Positions 37,018-47,254 of a stretch of 64,000 nucleotides of DNA are shown piece by piece. Every line of letters begins with the position of its first letter. The first letter of the stretch is position 1. Source of the stretch: Dehalococcoidia bacterium (lineage in GTDB: Bacteria > Chloroflexota > Dehalococcoidia > Lucifugimonadales > Lucifugimonadaceae); the NCBI GenBank assembly GCA_040264655.1, contig JBDQHW010000011.1:5506-69505 (forward strand), read 5' to 3'. The translations under genes were made by a program, and so were the position numbers. The notes under the pieces were generated by a model that saw only the letters and a list, made by a program, of their open reading frames with translations, had not been told where the DNA came from and did no database searches.

Positions 37018-38253
37018 TTAGTCCTCGCCGTCGCCGATGAACTCGGCGAAAACCTCGTTCCCAAGCAATCTGCCACGTTCACTGAGCAACAAGGCTGCGT
37101 CGGTGATTTCGATTAGTCCGAGTTTTAAAAGGCGTTCAACCTCGTCTGGAAATACTTCATCGACTTTAGAACCGAACCGCGTGGTGAAACGCTCATGCGA
37201 TACACCTTGGTTCAGACGCATCCCCATCATCATCGTTTCCGCTACGTCTATCGCAGGAGTTGTGACATCGATTTGCTCCACCGGACCAGCAGGCGTTCGC
37301 ATTTTCGCTACTGGATCGACGACCGATTCACCGTAGCTCTCACCGACCATCATCACGTAGCGACGCGGTGATTTCAGATTGGCGAATCGTTGACCGGCTA
37401 GCCATGAATGGGCACCAGGTCCGACACCTAGATACGGCTGGTTTAGCCAGTAGATCAGATTGTGGCGAGACTCCAAGTTGGGCTTCGACCAGTTCGATAT
37501 TTCATACTGGCCAAAACCGTTTGAACCGAGTCGACTTTGTGCTTCTTCGTACATGTCAGCAGCTAGGTCGTCGTCAGGAACCGGATACTTCCCGGCTGCA
37601 ACATCCACATCAAGCGGAGTGCCTTTTTCGATCTGCAGTGAATACAGAGATATGTGCTCTGGGTCGAGAGCTATCGCCTCATCGAGCGTGCTGGACCACT
37701 GCTCTGCAGTTTGGTATGGCAGGCCGTAAATTAGGTCGATAGATTGATTTTGAAATCCTGCTTCACGTAAAGACGCGAATGCCAGCTTGGCTTCTACCGC
37801 CGTATGCCTTCGGCCCAATAATGAGAGCAGCTCATCGTCGAAGCTCTGTACTCCCATGGAAATTCGGTTCACTCCGGAAGCGCGCCAGCTAGTGGCTTTT
37901 TCAACAGTTACATCGCCCGGGTTGCACTCCATCGTAATTTCGGCGTCATCAGCTACAGCGAACGAATTTCGTATCGTCTGTTGGATATCTGCCAGATCAC
38001 TCTCAGGTAAGTACGACGGCGTACCACCACCGAGAAATATCGTTAGCACGGGCGGGTGGTTCAACAACTCGCCCCAGCCCGATAGTTCTTTCTTCAGCGA
38101 ACTCACATAGCCGGAGATTTGATCTTCAATTCCGGCATATGTGTTGAAGTCGCAGTACGGGCACTTTGTTTGGCAAAACGGCACGTGAAGATACAACCCG
38201 ATGCCGTCGCGGTACGTCGGCGGATTGTGATCAGAGGGTGCCAGATTTGGCAT
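37018..38253 (-). CDS. hemW: Radical SAM heme chaperone HemW (HemN-like)
   Basis: 'YLHVPFCQTKCPYCDFN', 'GGGTPS', 'RISMGVQSF', 'YEISN', 'HNLIYW'. Confidence 0.92.
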   Translation of the reverse strand: MPNLAPSDHNPPTYRDGIGLYLHVPFCQTKCPYCDFNTYAGIEDQISGYVSSLKKELSGWGELLNHPPVLTIFLGGGTPSYLPESDLADIQQTIRNSFAVADDAEITMECNPGDVTVEKATSWRASGVNRISMGVQSFDDELLSLLGRRHTAVEAKLAFASLREAGFQNQSIDLIYGLPYQTAEQWSSTLDEAIALDPEHISLYSLQIEKGTPLDVDVAAGKYPVPDDDLAADMYEEAQSRLGSNGFGQYEISNWSKPNLESRHNLIYWLNQPYLGVGPGAHSWLAGQRFANLKSPRRYVMMVGESYGESVVDPVAKMRTPAGPVEQIDVTTPAIDVAETMMMGMRLNQGVSHERFTTRFGSKVDEVFPDEVERLLKLGLIEITDAALLLSERGRLLGNEVFAEFIGDGED

Positions 38254-38282
38254 TAATGCTCCGTGACTCTAGGCGTCAGTGA

Positions 38283-39005
38283 CTATGGAGTCCAGAGACC
38301 TGATCCGCCTGAACCACCTTGGTCAGATTGTTGTTGCGGAGGCGTTGGAGCTTCGCCAGCTTCTGCCCGGGCTTGCTCTTCGGCCATCTGCTGTCGAATG
38401 GCTTCGTTTGCCTGAGCGACCCAACGTTCCAGTTCGTCTAGCTCTGGCGGCGAAACTACAAACTTCTCGACGCCTTCTGGCAGTGCGATGTTCGGGTCAC
38501 CACCGAGTAGTACCGCTGCTTCAGATTCGAGAATGCCTTCAGATAGGCGAGTTGCCAAGTGGCTCACGCGTTTGTCGGCTGCTTCTGTGTAGTGAGCCTG
38601 AATCGTGTCGGCTACTGTGCGGTTGATAAGTCCGCTCTGAAGACAGCGTCCCCAGTCGATTACCTGACCAAAAAGATCGGTGTCTTCAAACTCTTCGAAA
38701 ACCGCTCCAGCCGACACACGCTGTCGAACAAATCGGTGTGCGCCAGGGTTTGATTGCTGAACCATCAACATGGCGTCATCGCCTCTGCCAATTACACCTT
38801 CAGCGAAGATGCGCATAACTGTGCCGGCCTTGGCCTCGAGCTGGGAGACCTGTTCTTCTACGGCGTCCCAGTAGCGATTGTAGATGTCTTCAAATCCGCT
38901 TGGTGCACCCGGAGATGGCTGGACCAATGTGACCATGTAGACCTTACGGCTTGTCATGATGTCGCCTGAAGGGACTTTACCGAGGTTGCCCAGTTCTTCT
39001 GCCAT
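38283..39005 (-). CDS. Hypothetical protein
   Basis: 240 aa ORF with SD, between ychF and hemW on the same strand. No family recognised. Ends GGSGGSGLWTP. Confidence 0.75.
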   Translation of the reverse strand: MAEELGNLGKVPSGDIMTSRKVYMVTLVQPSPGAPSGFEDIYNRYWDAVEEQVSQLEAKAGTVMRIFAEGVIGRGDDAMLMVQQSNPGAHRFVRQRVSAGAVFEEFEDTDLFGQVIDWGRCLQSGLINRTVADTIQAHYTEAADKRVSHLATRLSEGILESEAAVLLGGDPNIALPEGVEKFVVSPPELDELERWVAQANEAIRQQMAEEQARAEAGEAPTPPQQQSDQGGSGGSGLWTP

Positions 39006-39051
39006 GTTTTTCCTTTTAGTTCGTTAGCAAGTAAAGCTTGTGAGTGTGAAT

Positions 39052-40137
39052 CTACACTGAGAATAAGAAATTTACGATATCGCCATCTTTGATGACATAC
39101 TCCCGACCTTCTTGTCGGAACTGACCCCGATTGCGGGCTTCAGCCATAGTTCCGCAATCAATGAAATCATCGTATCCAACCGTTTCAGCTCGGATGAAGC
39201 CGCGTTCGATATCAGAGTGAATAACGCCCGCTGCTTTGGGTGCAAGTGCACCGATCGGAATTGTCCAAGCTCGAGTTTCATCTTCACCAACGGTCAGGAA
39301 CGAATTCAACCCGAGTACGTTATAAGAGAGCTTGATCATTCGAGACAGGCCGGGTTCGCCAGCGTCGAGACCAGCTCGCATCTCGGCTTCTTCCTCTTCT
39401 GGCATCCCGACTAATTCAGCTTCGAGCGAACCACAGATCGCTGCTCCACCGGTAGATCGGCCGTCCAGTAACGCTGCCATCTCTTTTTCAAGATCGGCGG
39501 TGTTGGCGATGTCATCTTCACCTATGTTCAACGCGACCAGCAACGGAAGGCTGCTCAATAGGAACGTGTCGGAAATTGCTTTGACTTCCGATGCCTCGAG
39601 ATCGCGATCTCGAATGGCGATTCCATTTTCAAGATCTGCCTGAATTCGCTTCAGTGTATCGATGTTTTTCTGAGCGTCTTCACGTTCGGCAACCTTCATC
39701 GTTTTTAGACTGTCGGTGATTCGCTCAATTCGACGTTCGAGAAGGGCGATATCGGCGAACAAAATGTCGAACGATACTTTCTCGATATCTCGCTTGTAGT
39801 CGACAGAACCTTCGAGGTGAGGAACAGAACCGTCTTCAAACGCCCGAGCCACATGCAATATCGCATCAACCTGTTGGAGTTGAGCCAAAGCTTCACCCTC
39901 AAATAGTTCCCCAGAACTGCTACCAGGAAGGTCGACGTACATCACTTCGGCGTAGATGGTCTTCTTCGACTTGAACATTTTCGTGAGGATGTCGACGCGC
40001 TCATCGGGAACGTGCGCAACACCGACGTTCGCTGAACGAGAAGCTCCAAAGCCGCCAACGTCAGCTTTGCCGCGAGTGAGTGAGTTAAATATCGTGGTCT
40101 TGCCGCTGGAAGGCAGACCGATGATGCCGATCTTCAT
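39052..40137 (-). CDS. ychF: Redox-regulated ATPase YchF (OBG family)
   Basis: 'GLPSSGKTTIFN', 'VPDER', 'FLTVGEDETRAW', 'AAGVIHSD.ERGFIRAE', 'EG.EY...DGD'. Confidence 0.95.
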   Translation of the reverse strand: MKIGIIGLPSSGKTTIFNSLTRGKADVGGFGASRSANVGVAHVPDERVDILTKMFKSKKTIYAEVMYVDLPGSSSGELFEGEALAQLQQVDAILHVARAFEDGSVPHLEGSVDYKRDIEKVSFDILFADIALLERRIERITDSLKTMKVAEREDAQKNIDTLKRIQADLENGIAIRDRDLEASEVKAISDTFLLSSLPLLVALNIGEDDIANTADLEKEMAALLDGRSTGGAAICGSLEAELVGMPEEEEAEMRAGLDAGEPGLSRMIKLSYNVLGLNSFLTVGEDETRAWTIPIGALAPKAAGVIHSDIERGFIRAETVGYDDFIDCGTMAEARNRGQFRQEGREYVIKDGDIVNFLFSV

Positions 40138-40238
40138 GAGTGTTTAGTACTGTTCGCTGTTTTTCTCGAGGTTGGTGTGGTGGGTATCTCGTACGCACCG
40201 ACTGTTAATCGTAACGCCAGATAAGGGTAAATACTCGA

Positions 40239-40634
40239 CTATTTTTCAGCGTCGTCTGTGTCTTCGTCATCGTCGACATATTTGAAACTTGCGTCGACAG
40301 TTTTTCCGCCATCGGAACCGGCGTCTGGCTGCTGCCCAAATCCCTGCTGTTTCTGCAAATCACGTAGTTTCCTGCCGATTGTCTGGTCGGCAATCACATG
40401 GTTTGGCGATGCGGCGATGAATACCAGAAACAGGATCGTTGTGACGATGAGATCGTCGAACTGACCAAGAACCGGAATACGATCAGCAATGATGTCGTAA
40501 GGCGAGATGATGTAGGCGATCGCGAGTAGCGGGATAATCTTCGTGAACGGTGGTACCCGCTTGTCGAGCATTAATCTCCACACCAATTTTAGGAATGGAA
40601 TGACAAGTGAACGTATCGGCAAGAGTCTGAACAT
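40239..40634 (-). CDS. DUF1232 (YkvA) family membrane protein
   Basis: 'YIISPYDIIADRIPVLGQFDD'. Confidence 0.88.
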   Translation of the reverse strand: MFRLLPIRSLVIPFLKLVWRLMLDKRVPPFTKIIPLLAIAYIISPYDIIADRIPVLGQFDDLIVTTILFLVFIAASPNHVIADQTIGRKLRDLQKQQGFGQQPDAGSDGGKTVDASFKYVDDDEDTDDAEK

Positions 40635-40702
40635 GTTAGAAAGTGTATCTAGAGATCAACCTGTTCACTTAATCAATTTGCACTGCCCACAAAAGAAACT
40701 TC

Positions 40703-41671
40703 ATGATTAGAGTTCTGCACGGTGAAGACGAATACGCAAGATCGGAAGCTCTTGCGAAGATTCGCGAGTCGGCCGGACCCGAGGAAGTTCGTGATCCCAA
40801 TACGACCGTATTCGAAGGGCGTGGCTTCAAGTTGAATGACTTGATCGGCGCTGCGCAGGTAGTTCCGTTCATGGCTGATCGTCGAGTGGTCATCGTCCAC
40901 GGTGTACTGGGGCGAATGCAAAAGCGTGACAAATCACTCGGGAACGAGTGGCGAGAGCTAACGACCCGGCTGGCCGATATTCCTGCTTCGACTGATCTGG
41001 TATTCGTCGAAGAAGTGAGCTTGCGGGACAACGGACTAGCGCTTAAGTCGGTTGGGCCCAGTGCGCGGATTCAGCAGTATCGGACAATGCGCCGACCGGA
41101 ACTCGAAATCTGGGTGCGGGACAGATTCGCTCACTACGGCGCAGACGCTTCACGTGATGCAGTTTCAAGAATCGTATGGTTGGCTGGTGCGGATACACGA
41201 CTGCTCGATCAAGAGATAAAGAAGCTAACCCTTTACGCCGGCGACCGCAGCGTGACTCAGGAAGACGTCGAGTTGATGGTTCCCGATGCGCGAGAAGCCA
41301 GCATTTTTGCTGCGGTTGACGCCGTACTTGAACGGCGACCAGCTGTAGCGATGAAGCTCCTGTATTCACTGTTGTCCGGTGGTTCGAGCGTCCAGAGTGT
41401 GCTCTCGATGCTGGCTCGCCAAGTTCGATTGCTGATTCTCACGATAGAGCTGAAGCAACAGGGAGTTGACTCAGAGGAACTTGGTAAGAGAATCGGTCTG
41501 ACGAATCGATACGCACTCGATAAGACGATGCGCCAATCAACAAGCTTCGGCACCGAACACTTGGCAAATATTCATCGCCGACTGCTCGCAGCTGATCTCG
41601 CGATCAAGCAGGGTGACATCGACGAACGTCTTGCTGTTGAAATACTCGTTGGTGAGCTATCAGCTGCCTGA
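40703..41671 (+). CDS. holA: DNA polymerase III subunit delta
   Basis: 'LHGED.Y', 'PFMADRRVVIV', 'QEIKKL.LY', 'IF..VDA', 'D.AIK.G'. Confidence 0.9.
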   Translation: MIRVLHGEDEYARSEALAKIRESAGPEEVRDPNTTVFEGRGFKLNDLIGAAQVVPFMADRRVVIVHGVLGRMQKRDKSLGNEWRELTTRLADIPASTDLVFVEEVSLRDNGLALKSVGPSARIQQYRTMRRPELEIWVRDRFAHYGADASRDAVSRIVWLAGADTRLLDQEIKKLTLYAGDRSVTQEDVELMVPDAREASIFAAVDAVLERRPAVAMKLLYSLLSGGSSVQSVLSMLARQVRLLILTIELKQQGVDSEELGKRIGLTNRYALDKTMRQSTSFGTEHLANIHRRLLAADLAIKQGDIDERLAVEILVGELSAA

Positions 41672-41755
41672 TTGGGAATCCTGTCAGCGTGGTTTGGACG
41701 TATCTGTGCCTAAGATGCCAAAGCATCTCAAACGAAAACCACGGATAATTACCGC

Positions 41756-42679
41756 ATGATCAATCGGCGCCAAATATTTTTTGCACTTCTCGGCCTACTC
41801 ATGCTGCTCGCTGTTGCTTGCACGAGCGCCGACTCTGATACCGAGCCAACAGTCGATTCGTCGGCACAAGCTGTAGCTACCGAAGAAACGATCGAGCCGA
41901 CTGCTGAGCCAACTCCGACGCCGCGTCCTCGTGCGACCGTGACGCCAACACCTGAACCGGAAGGTACGTCTTTTCCAGAATCGGAAAGCGTTAGCTTCTA
42001 CCTTCAAGCGTTCAACTCGCTTGGTAGAGGCGAATACATCGATGCGGAGCGAACGTTCACAACGGTCATCGAACTTGAACCCGGCTTCGCCCGTGGATGG
42101 GACGGCCGTGGTCAGGCTCTGATGCTTCAAGGTAAATACGACGACGCATTACTGGATTTTGATAGGGCTATCGAACTAAAGCCAAATCTCTCGGTCGCCT
42201 ACGCAAATCGGAGTCTCACCCGCATTGCTATAGATGATGCCAACGGTGCCGAGCGCGATGCTCGTCGAGCCTATGAACTCGATGAAGAATCTGTTGCGGC
42301 CCATTTGGTTCTAGGCCGCGTCTACGCACGAAATGGCGATCACGATGCTGCTCTAGATTGGTTCGACCTAGCGGTTGATACCGACCCCGAGGATGCTTCA
42401 ACTTGGTGGTGGCGAGGTCGGTTCTACCGTGACGTCCTAGGTATAGGAAATGCCGCTTTGGCAGACTTTAACGCTGCTATTGAGTTGGCACCTGCGCAAG
42501 CTGCCTTGTATCTCGATCGGGCACAACTTTATATTCAAGCAGGGGTTGAGCCAGATCTCACACGACTCGATCTCGAAGAAGCGATATCGCTGTCGCAGGA
42601 CCCGAAGCTGCCGACAATTATTCAGCGAGCAGAGGATCTGCTTGCTGAACTCGATGCGAGCGCAGCAGCAGTCCAATAA
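41756..42679 (+). CDS. TPR-repeat lipoprotein
   Basis: Lipobox 'AVAC', Pro/Thr-rich linker, multiple TPRs ('A..DF..AIEL.P'). Confidence 0.85.
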   Translation: MINRRQIFFALLGLLMLLAVACTSADSDTEPTVDSSAQAVATEETIEPTAEPTPTPRPRATVTPTPEPEGTSFPESESVSFYLQAFNSLGRGEYIDAERTFTTVIELEPGFARGWDGRGQALMLQGKYDDALLDFDRAIELKPNLSVAYANRSLTRIAIDDANGAERDARRAYELDEESVAAHLVLGRVYARNGDHDAALDWFDLAVDTDPEDASTWWWRGRFYRDVLGIGNAALADFNAAIELAPAQAALYLDRAQLYIQAGVEPDLTRLDLEEAISLSQDPKLPTIIQRAEDLLAELDASAAAVQ

Positions 42680-42699
42680 TTACGGATTAACCGTTTAAG

Positions 42700-44115
42700 C
42701 TAGTTTGCTAGGTCTTCTGACGAACTTCGGATTTCTGTCGCAGGTTTGAATACTGCCCAAGCAAACCAGAAGTGATTGGCATGAACAACAGGTTCGAGCT
42801 GAGTCCCGGTTAGTTCGCCATCGGTCGCTATTCCCGCCAGATTCCACGTTGATCCTGTTTCAACGTCGAGCACACCATTGTCAGATTGCTCAAACGTGAG
42901 CGATCGACCATCGACCTGACGTGAGAAAACCGCCACAGAGCCGGACGTTTGATGCTCGTCGGAGAAACTGTTGAACGCCGAGAAGGTCCCGTCGTCGAAG
43001 AACGCGACTATGTCTGAATCGTTGACCGAATCGTTGACGACAGGTGTCTCTTCTAGGAATGAGAATGGGTAAGCAACCGGTGTTGGCCCATCGATAGTGA
43101 GAACTCGCGACGTTGCAACTAACCGATCATCGATAGCACCACGGAATAGGAACGGCTGCTGGTCGACATTGTCGTATCCTGCGTACGGAGGGCTGTCGTA
43201 TGGCCGGACGGGTGAGCCAAACTCGTTCGTGACGCGCTCCAATAGCTCTCCGTCTGGATAAGCGTCGACAAAGGTCTCCCAGGCGATGATTGAAGATGGC
43301 AACTGGTCGAGCACAGTTCGGTTTGCGGCAAAGTCTCCCGCCAGCGCTTCGCCCGTGATCTGCTGCCAAAAGCTTTGCGTCTGACGATCCCACATCACTA
43401 GGTCGGAATTTCGAAGCATTCCCGAAGTACCAAACGTCAACTCCTCACCGTCTACGATTCTTGAGAAAGTGATTCCGGTATTACAAAGAGGGCAGAATGT
43501 GACAGTTACCGGAGTTCCACCGATCGTATCGTTGACGATCTCGTGCCACATCAAAATCGCTAGCGGGTAGGCACGTGCGTGCCCATCTACTATCAGAGCA
43601 ACGACTGGCTCTCTTGCCTCCATGTAGTCAGGTGCTTCCGAAACGGCAACAAACGTCGGAGTGTCTACGGGAATAATGCGGTCTCGTGGAAGAACAGTTT
43701 CTAGCTCGGTGAGCGGAACTGTTTTCTCCTCCAGATTCGTCTCCCAACCCCAGATCGTGCGCAACCGCTCAGCTCGCGAGCGCTCTGCATCCCCATCGAG
43801 AATTGAATCGAATTCCGATCCTGAACTCGATTCAGGGGTTGAATCGGTTCCGCTGATCGGCGTGACGGTCGGCTGTAAGTCCGGTGTGGAAGTTGCCGGA
43901 ACTGGTGTGGCTGTCGATGGTGTGACGGTTGAATCGGCAGCTACTACTACCGGACTACTCACCTCGTTCTGAACCGCAGTCGAGGAATCATGATCTGTTC
44001 CGCCGCAGGCAATTACTAAGGCTGCCAACGCACCTAACCCGATAAGGCTTGCCCTCTGAGTCCATCTGGTCTTAGGACGTAGAGCCTTAGCGCTGGTCCT
44101 ATTGAACTGATCCAT
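42700..44115 (-). CDS. DUF3179 domain lipoprotein
   Basis: Lipobox 'VIAC', 'RAYPL.IL.WHEIVND', 'TFCPLCNTG', 'FGTSG.L.NS.LVM.DR.T.S.WQQ', 'FWFAW..F.P'. Confidence 0.9.
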   Translation of the reverse strand: MDQFNRTSAKALRPKTRWTQRASLIGLGALAALVIACGGTDHDSSTAVQNEVSSPVVVAADSTVTPSTATPVPATSTPDLQPTVTPISGTDSTPESSSGSEFDSILDGDAERSRAERLRTIWGWETNLEEKTVPLTELETVLPRDRIIPVDTPTFVAVSEAPDYMEAREPVVALIVDGHARAYPLAILMWHEIVNDTIGGTPVTVTFCPLCNTGITFSRIVDGEELTFGTSGMLRNSDLVMWDRQTQSFWQQITGEALAGDFAANRTVLDQLPSSIIAWETFVDAYPDGELLERVTNEFGSPVRPYDSPPYAGYDNVDQQPFLFRGAIDDRLVATSRVLTIDGPTPVAYPFSFLEETPVVNDSVNDSDIVAFFDDGTFSAFNSFSDEHQTSGSVAVFSRQVDGRSLTFEQSDNGVLDVETGSTWNLAGIATDGELTGTQLEPVVHANHFWFAWAVFKPATEIRSSSEDLAN

Positions 44116-44256
44116 TTATTCGATACCCAACCCCACCGTGCGGACACTATTCATATCCGTGCATTAAATATCAGATGCACCGAACGCCAATATGGCGCGG
44201 GAAGAATACCCAGATATAGGAATAAACGAGAAAAGATGAACGAATTAGCGGATTGC

Positions 44257-45333
44257 TTAGTCGAACGTGAGCATACGAGTCGGGTTGTCGACCAGAATCA
44301 GTCGTACAACCTCTTCGCTCATGCCCCGGGCACGCATGCGAGGAACAATTCGAGTCAGAATGTGGTCGAAACCATGGCCGCCGTATGTTTTTAGCCGGTG
44401 CTTCGAACATATGTCGTGCGCAAGCAGAATGTTTCCACGTTTGCCTTCGTTGACCATGTGCTCGATCATCTCGATTCGTTCGTGGTCAGCAGGCATGTGC
44501 GATTCAGGGGCCAGCGGGTAGAACGACGATTCGTGACCGAACAGATCGAAGTTGAGGTAAGCACCAGTGGCGATCAGCTCATTGAGGATTCCGCGGTCAT
44601 ATACGGTGCGTTCGATATGTCCCATCACTGTACGACTGAGATTCCCGCCCCATTTGTCGACGGCTTCGAGTAGCTCAAGCGGAGCTCGTTCGCTGCGACC
44701 GGGATGAATCAGTAGGGGAGCGCCAGTTTCGCGCTGAGCGATAACGGCTGCTTCAAGTACTTTCTTTTCACCTTCATGCCATGGCGATGAACATCCGATT
44801 TCACCAATGATCCCTGAGCGGATTCCGGTGTCACCGACACCCTGATCAACATCATGGATGATCTGTCCGGCGATTTGTTCGACGGTTAAATCTTCCAGCT
44901 CGGGAGCATGAGTCATGTGAACGTAGTTGCCTGCGCCCATTACTACGTTCAGCCCGGTTGCACGCGAGATACGAACAAGTGCCCGTGGATCTCTGGCGAG
45001 TCCAACGGATGTCACATCGACGATCGTACTTCCACCAGCATTGAAGTACTGCTGAGCTTCCCACGTCGAAATATCTTCGTCGAGAATCTGCAGGTTGTCG
45101 CGGTTGCTGGTCCAGTTGTATCGAACCCAGCCGAGGTTATCTAGCGATACCTCTTCGTCCATAAGTCGACGATCCGATGCTGCCTGTGGTTCGGTGAACA
45201 CAACACCGAAATCGATGAGCAAGTGTTCGTGTGTTGTTGTGACGCCGACTTTGGCTGGCTCGATCGGTCCCAGAACTGTCAGAACTTTTCTGGCTGCTCG
45301 GTGCTTAGGAACTGGATGGGAAGGTGAGGTCAA
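44257..45333 (-). CDS. Phosphotriesterase-related protein (PHP/PTER, amidohydrolase)
   Basis: 'TVLGPI', 'THEHL', 'GIIGEIG' (Glu bridge), 'IHP', 'GH', 'AHD', 'NP.R'. Confidence 0.9.
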   Translation of the reverse strand: MTSPSHPVPKHRAARKVLTVLGPIEPAKVGVTTTHEHLLIDFGVVFTEPQAASDRRLMDEEVSLDNLGWVRYNWTSNRDNLQILDEDISTWEAQQYFNAGGSTIVDVTSVGLARDPRALVRISRATGLNVVMGAGNYVHMTHAPELEDLTVEQIAGQIIHDVDQGVGDTGIRSGIIGEIGCSSPWHEGEKKVLEAAVIAQRETGAPLLIHPGRSERAPLELLEAVDKWGGNLSRTVMGHIERTVYDRGILNELIATGAYLNFDLFGHESSFYPLAPESHMPADHERIEMIEHMVNEGKRGNILLAHDICSKHRLKTYGGHGFDHILTRIVPRMRARGMSEEVVRLILVDNPTRMLTFD

Positions 45334-45447
45334 CTAACTAAACCCTGTTGGTTTTATTGAAACCGTCTATATCGTAGATCGCGTAGAACGGTATGAAATT
45401 CGAATCGACAAAAAGTCTAACGCAGTAATGGAACTGAACGAACTCTA

Positions 45448-46317
45448 TTAAGCGTCACGCCAAGTTACTTTTGGCTCCCAACCAAGTACGCGCTTTGCCT
45501 TTTCGACAGAAATAGCGGTGGCGTTGCCCGGCATCGGAGAGCGAATTTCGGCTTCTGGGTAAACCTTTTTGATCAGCTCTTCGGTTGGTTCGTCGGCAGA
45601 AGTATCTTCTCCATTGATGAAGAATGCTTCATGCCCACCGAACTCAACCTCGATAGCGAGAACGCACGCACGTGCTGCTTCGGAAAAATCAGTCCAACCC
45701 CAGAAATGTTTGGCGTTGTTTCCGAATGCCCCTTGGCGTTCTTCGGCCGAGTTCAATGCGGCCTGTCGTTCCCGATCCATCAGGCCGTGAAATCGCATTG
45801 AAGCGATTTGGACCTCGCCGGGACGACGACGTACAAATGCATCTCCCATGCCTTCACCGATCCACTTGCCTTGCGAGTAGGCATCTTCAGCGAATGTCGG
45901 ATGCTCTTCGTCCATCGGGAAGTACGGTCGAGGAGTAATCCCTTTTGAAAAGACCGCTCCAACTGCGTTTACTGAGGACGCGAGAACGATTTTGCTGATT
46001 CCATGAATTTCAGCCGCTTCTAGGACGTTCCAGTTGCCAGTCATGTTGACCCTGAAAACTTCGTGTTCGGGAGCGATGATCGGGTTGGTAATCGCAGCCA
46101 TGTGAATTACTGCGTCGCAGTTTTTCATTGCTGAAAGCACCTGCCCGAAATCGGTTACGTCTACAAACTTGAACGTGAATCCTGGCACACGAACCTGACG
46201 AGAGTCGTTCAGTGAGTGCTGATCGACTCCAACCACGTCGTAACCGTTTTCTAGAAGGTCTTTGACGATGAACTGTCCGGCACGGCCCGAAGCTCCTGTA
46301 ACGAAAACGGTTGTCAT
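45448..46317 (-). CDS. NAD-dependent epimerase/dehydratase (extended SDR)
   Basis: 'VTGASGRAG', 'HMAA', 'ASS', 'YSQGK'. Confidence 0.9.
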   Translation of the reverse strand: MTTVFVTGASGRAGQFIVKDLLENGYDVVGVDQHSLNDSRQVRVPGFTFKFVDVTDFGQVLSAMKNCDAVIHMAAITNPIIAPEHEVFRVNMTGNWNVLEAAEIHGISKIVLASSVNAVGAVFSKGITPRPYFPMDEEHPTFAEDAYSQGKWIGEGMGDAFVRRRPGEVQIASMRFHGLMDRERQAALNSAEERQGAFGNNAKHFWGWTDFSEAARACVLAIEVEFGGHEAFFINGEDTSADEPTEELIKKVYPEAEIRSPMPGNATAISVEKAKRVLGWEPKVTWRDA

Positions 46318-46459
46318 TGGTGAGTGCGACTTTCTGCGATGAATGTTGAAGTGGGGTCAAAACAACGCCCGCATTTGGTGTTTTCAAATACGGGCGCTAG
46401 TTGATCAAGATTTATGCGCTAAGCATAGCTGGTGCGGGTCGTGCACCCAATAGCGAGGA

Positions 46460-47170
46460 CTAGAAAGTTGGTTCCATGCCGACGTCAAGGAAACCAATCG
46501 GTCCTCGGTCGTCCGCGTACCAAAGTCGATTGTCTTTGATAGTCATACCGTGAACTTGAATCGGATCAAGCACCCTGAATGCGTCGTAGCAACGTCCGTC
46601 TTCAAGACGGTGTCGGCTCACGACTCCGAACGCAGTATCAGCGATCCAAACGTGACCCTCTTCTTCTGCCCAAGCAAGTCCATGCACACGGAATCCGGGA
46701 GCCTTCATGCGGTGGATTTCCTGGAAGTTTGAGGTGTCGATCACGTGCACGAACTGTGATGGGGGAGAAGCAACATATAAATTGCCATCTTTCCACTCAA
46801 GCCCGTGGTCACCGGTCGGCTCTGATTTTCGCCCGGCCTCTGCGTCCAGATGCTCGCGAGTGGCATTAATGCCTGCTCCGGGAGATGGGTAGACCTCGAC
46901 AGTCTTGCCCGTGTCCATGTCGAGCTGATAAATCTCGCAGCTATACGTCGAAGCTACCCAGATGTATCCTCCACCAATAGTGATTCCGCTCGACTTTTCG
47001 GTGTCGGTCGGCAGGTCTACGAGAACATCACCGGTTGCCCAATCGACTTTGTAAACGTGGTCGTCACCTTGATCGATGATCCAGAGGCCATCGTCAGCAG
47101 CCTGTAGTCCGTTTGGCTTCGGACCTGGGGCGTTGAACTGGAAGATCGTATCAGCAACTTTGTGCGGCAT
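46460..47170 (-). CDS. Hypothetical beta-propeller-like protein
   Basis: Repeated 'HG/NG-L-x-W...LW/YVA' blades (PNGL, SGIT, HGLEW, HGLAW, HGMT). Confidence 0.7.
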   Translation of the reverse strand: MPHKVADTIFQFNAPGPKPNGLQAADDGLWIIDQGDDHVYKVDWATGDVLVDLPTDTEKSSGITIGGGYIWVASTYSCEIYQLDMDTGKTVEVYPSPGAGINATREHLDAEAGRKSEPTGDHGLEWKDGNLYVASPPSQFVHVIDTSNFQEIHRMKAPGFRVHGLAWAEEEGHVWIADTAFGVVSRHRLEDGRCYDAFRVLDPIQVHGMTIKDNRLWYADDRGPIGFLDVGMEPTF

Positions 47171-47254
47171 GAGGTCTCTCGTTTACTCGTGGCGTATTGG
47201 TCTCGCGGCGGTAGTGTAACGCGAGGAAGCGTTAGGTGGGGTGATTAGGTGAAT

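Noticed and set aside
42700-44115. DUF3179 as a selenoprotein
   Set aside because: The CxxC is encoded by Cys codons and there is no in-frame TGA.
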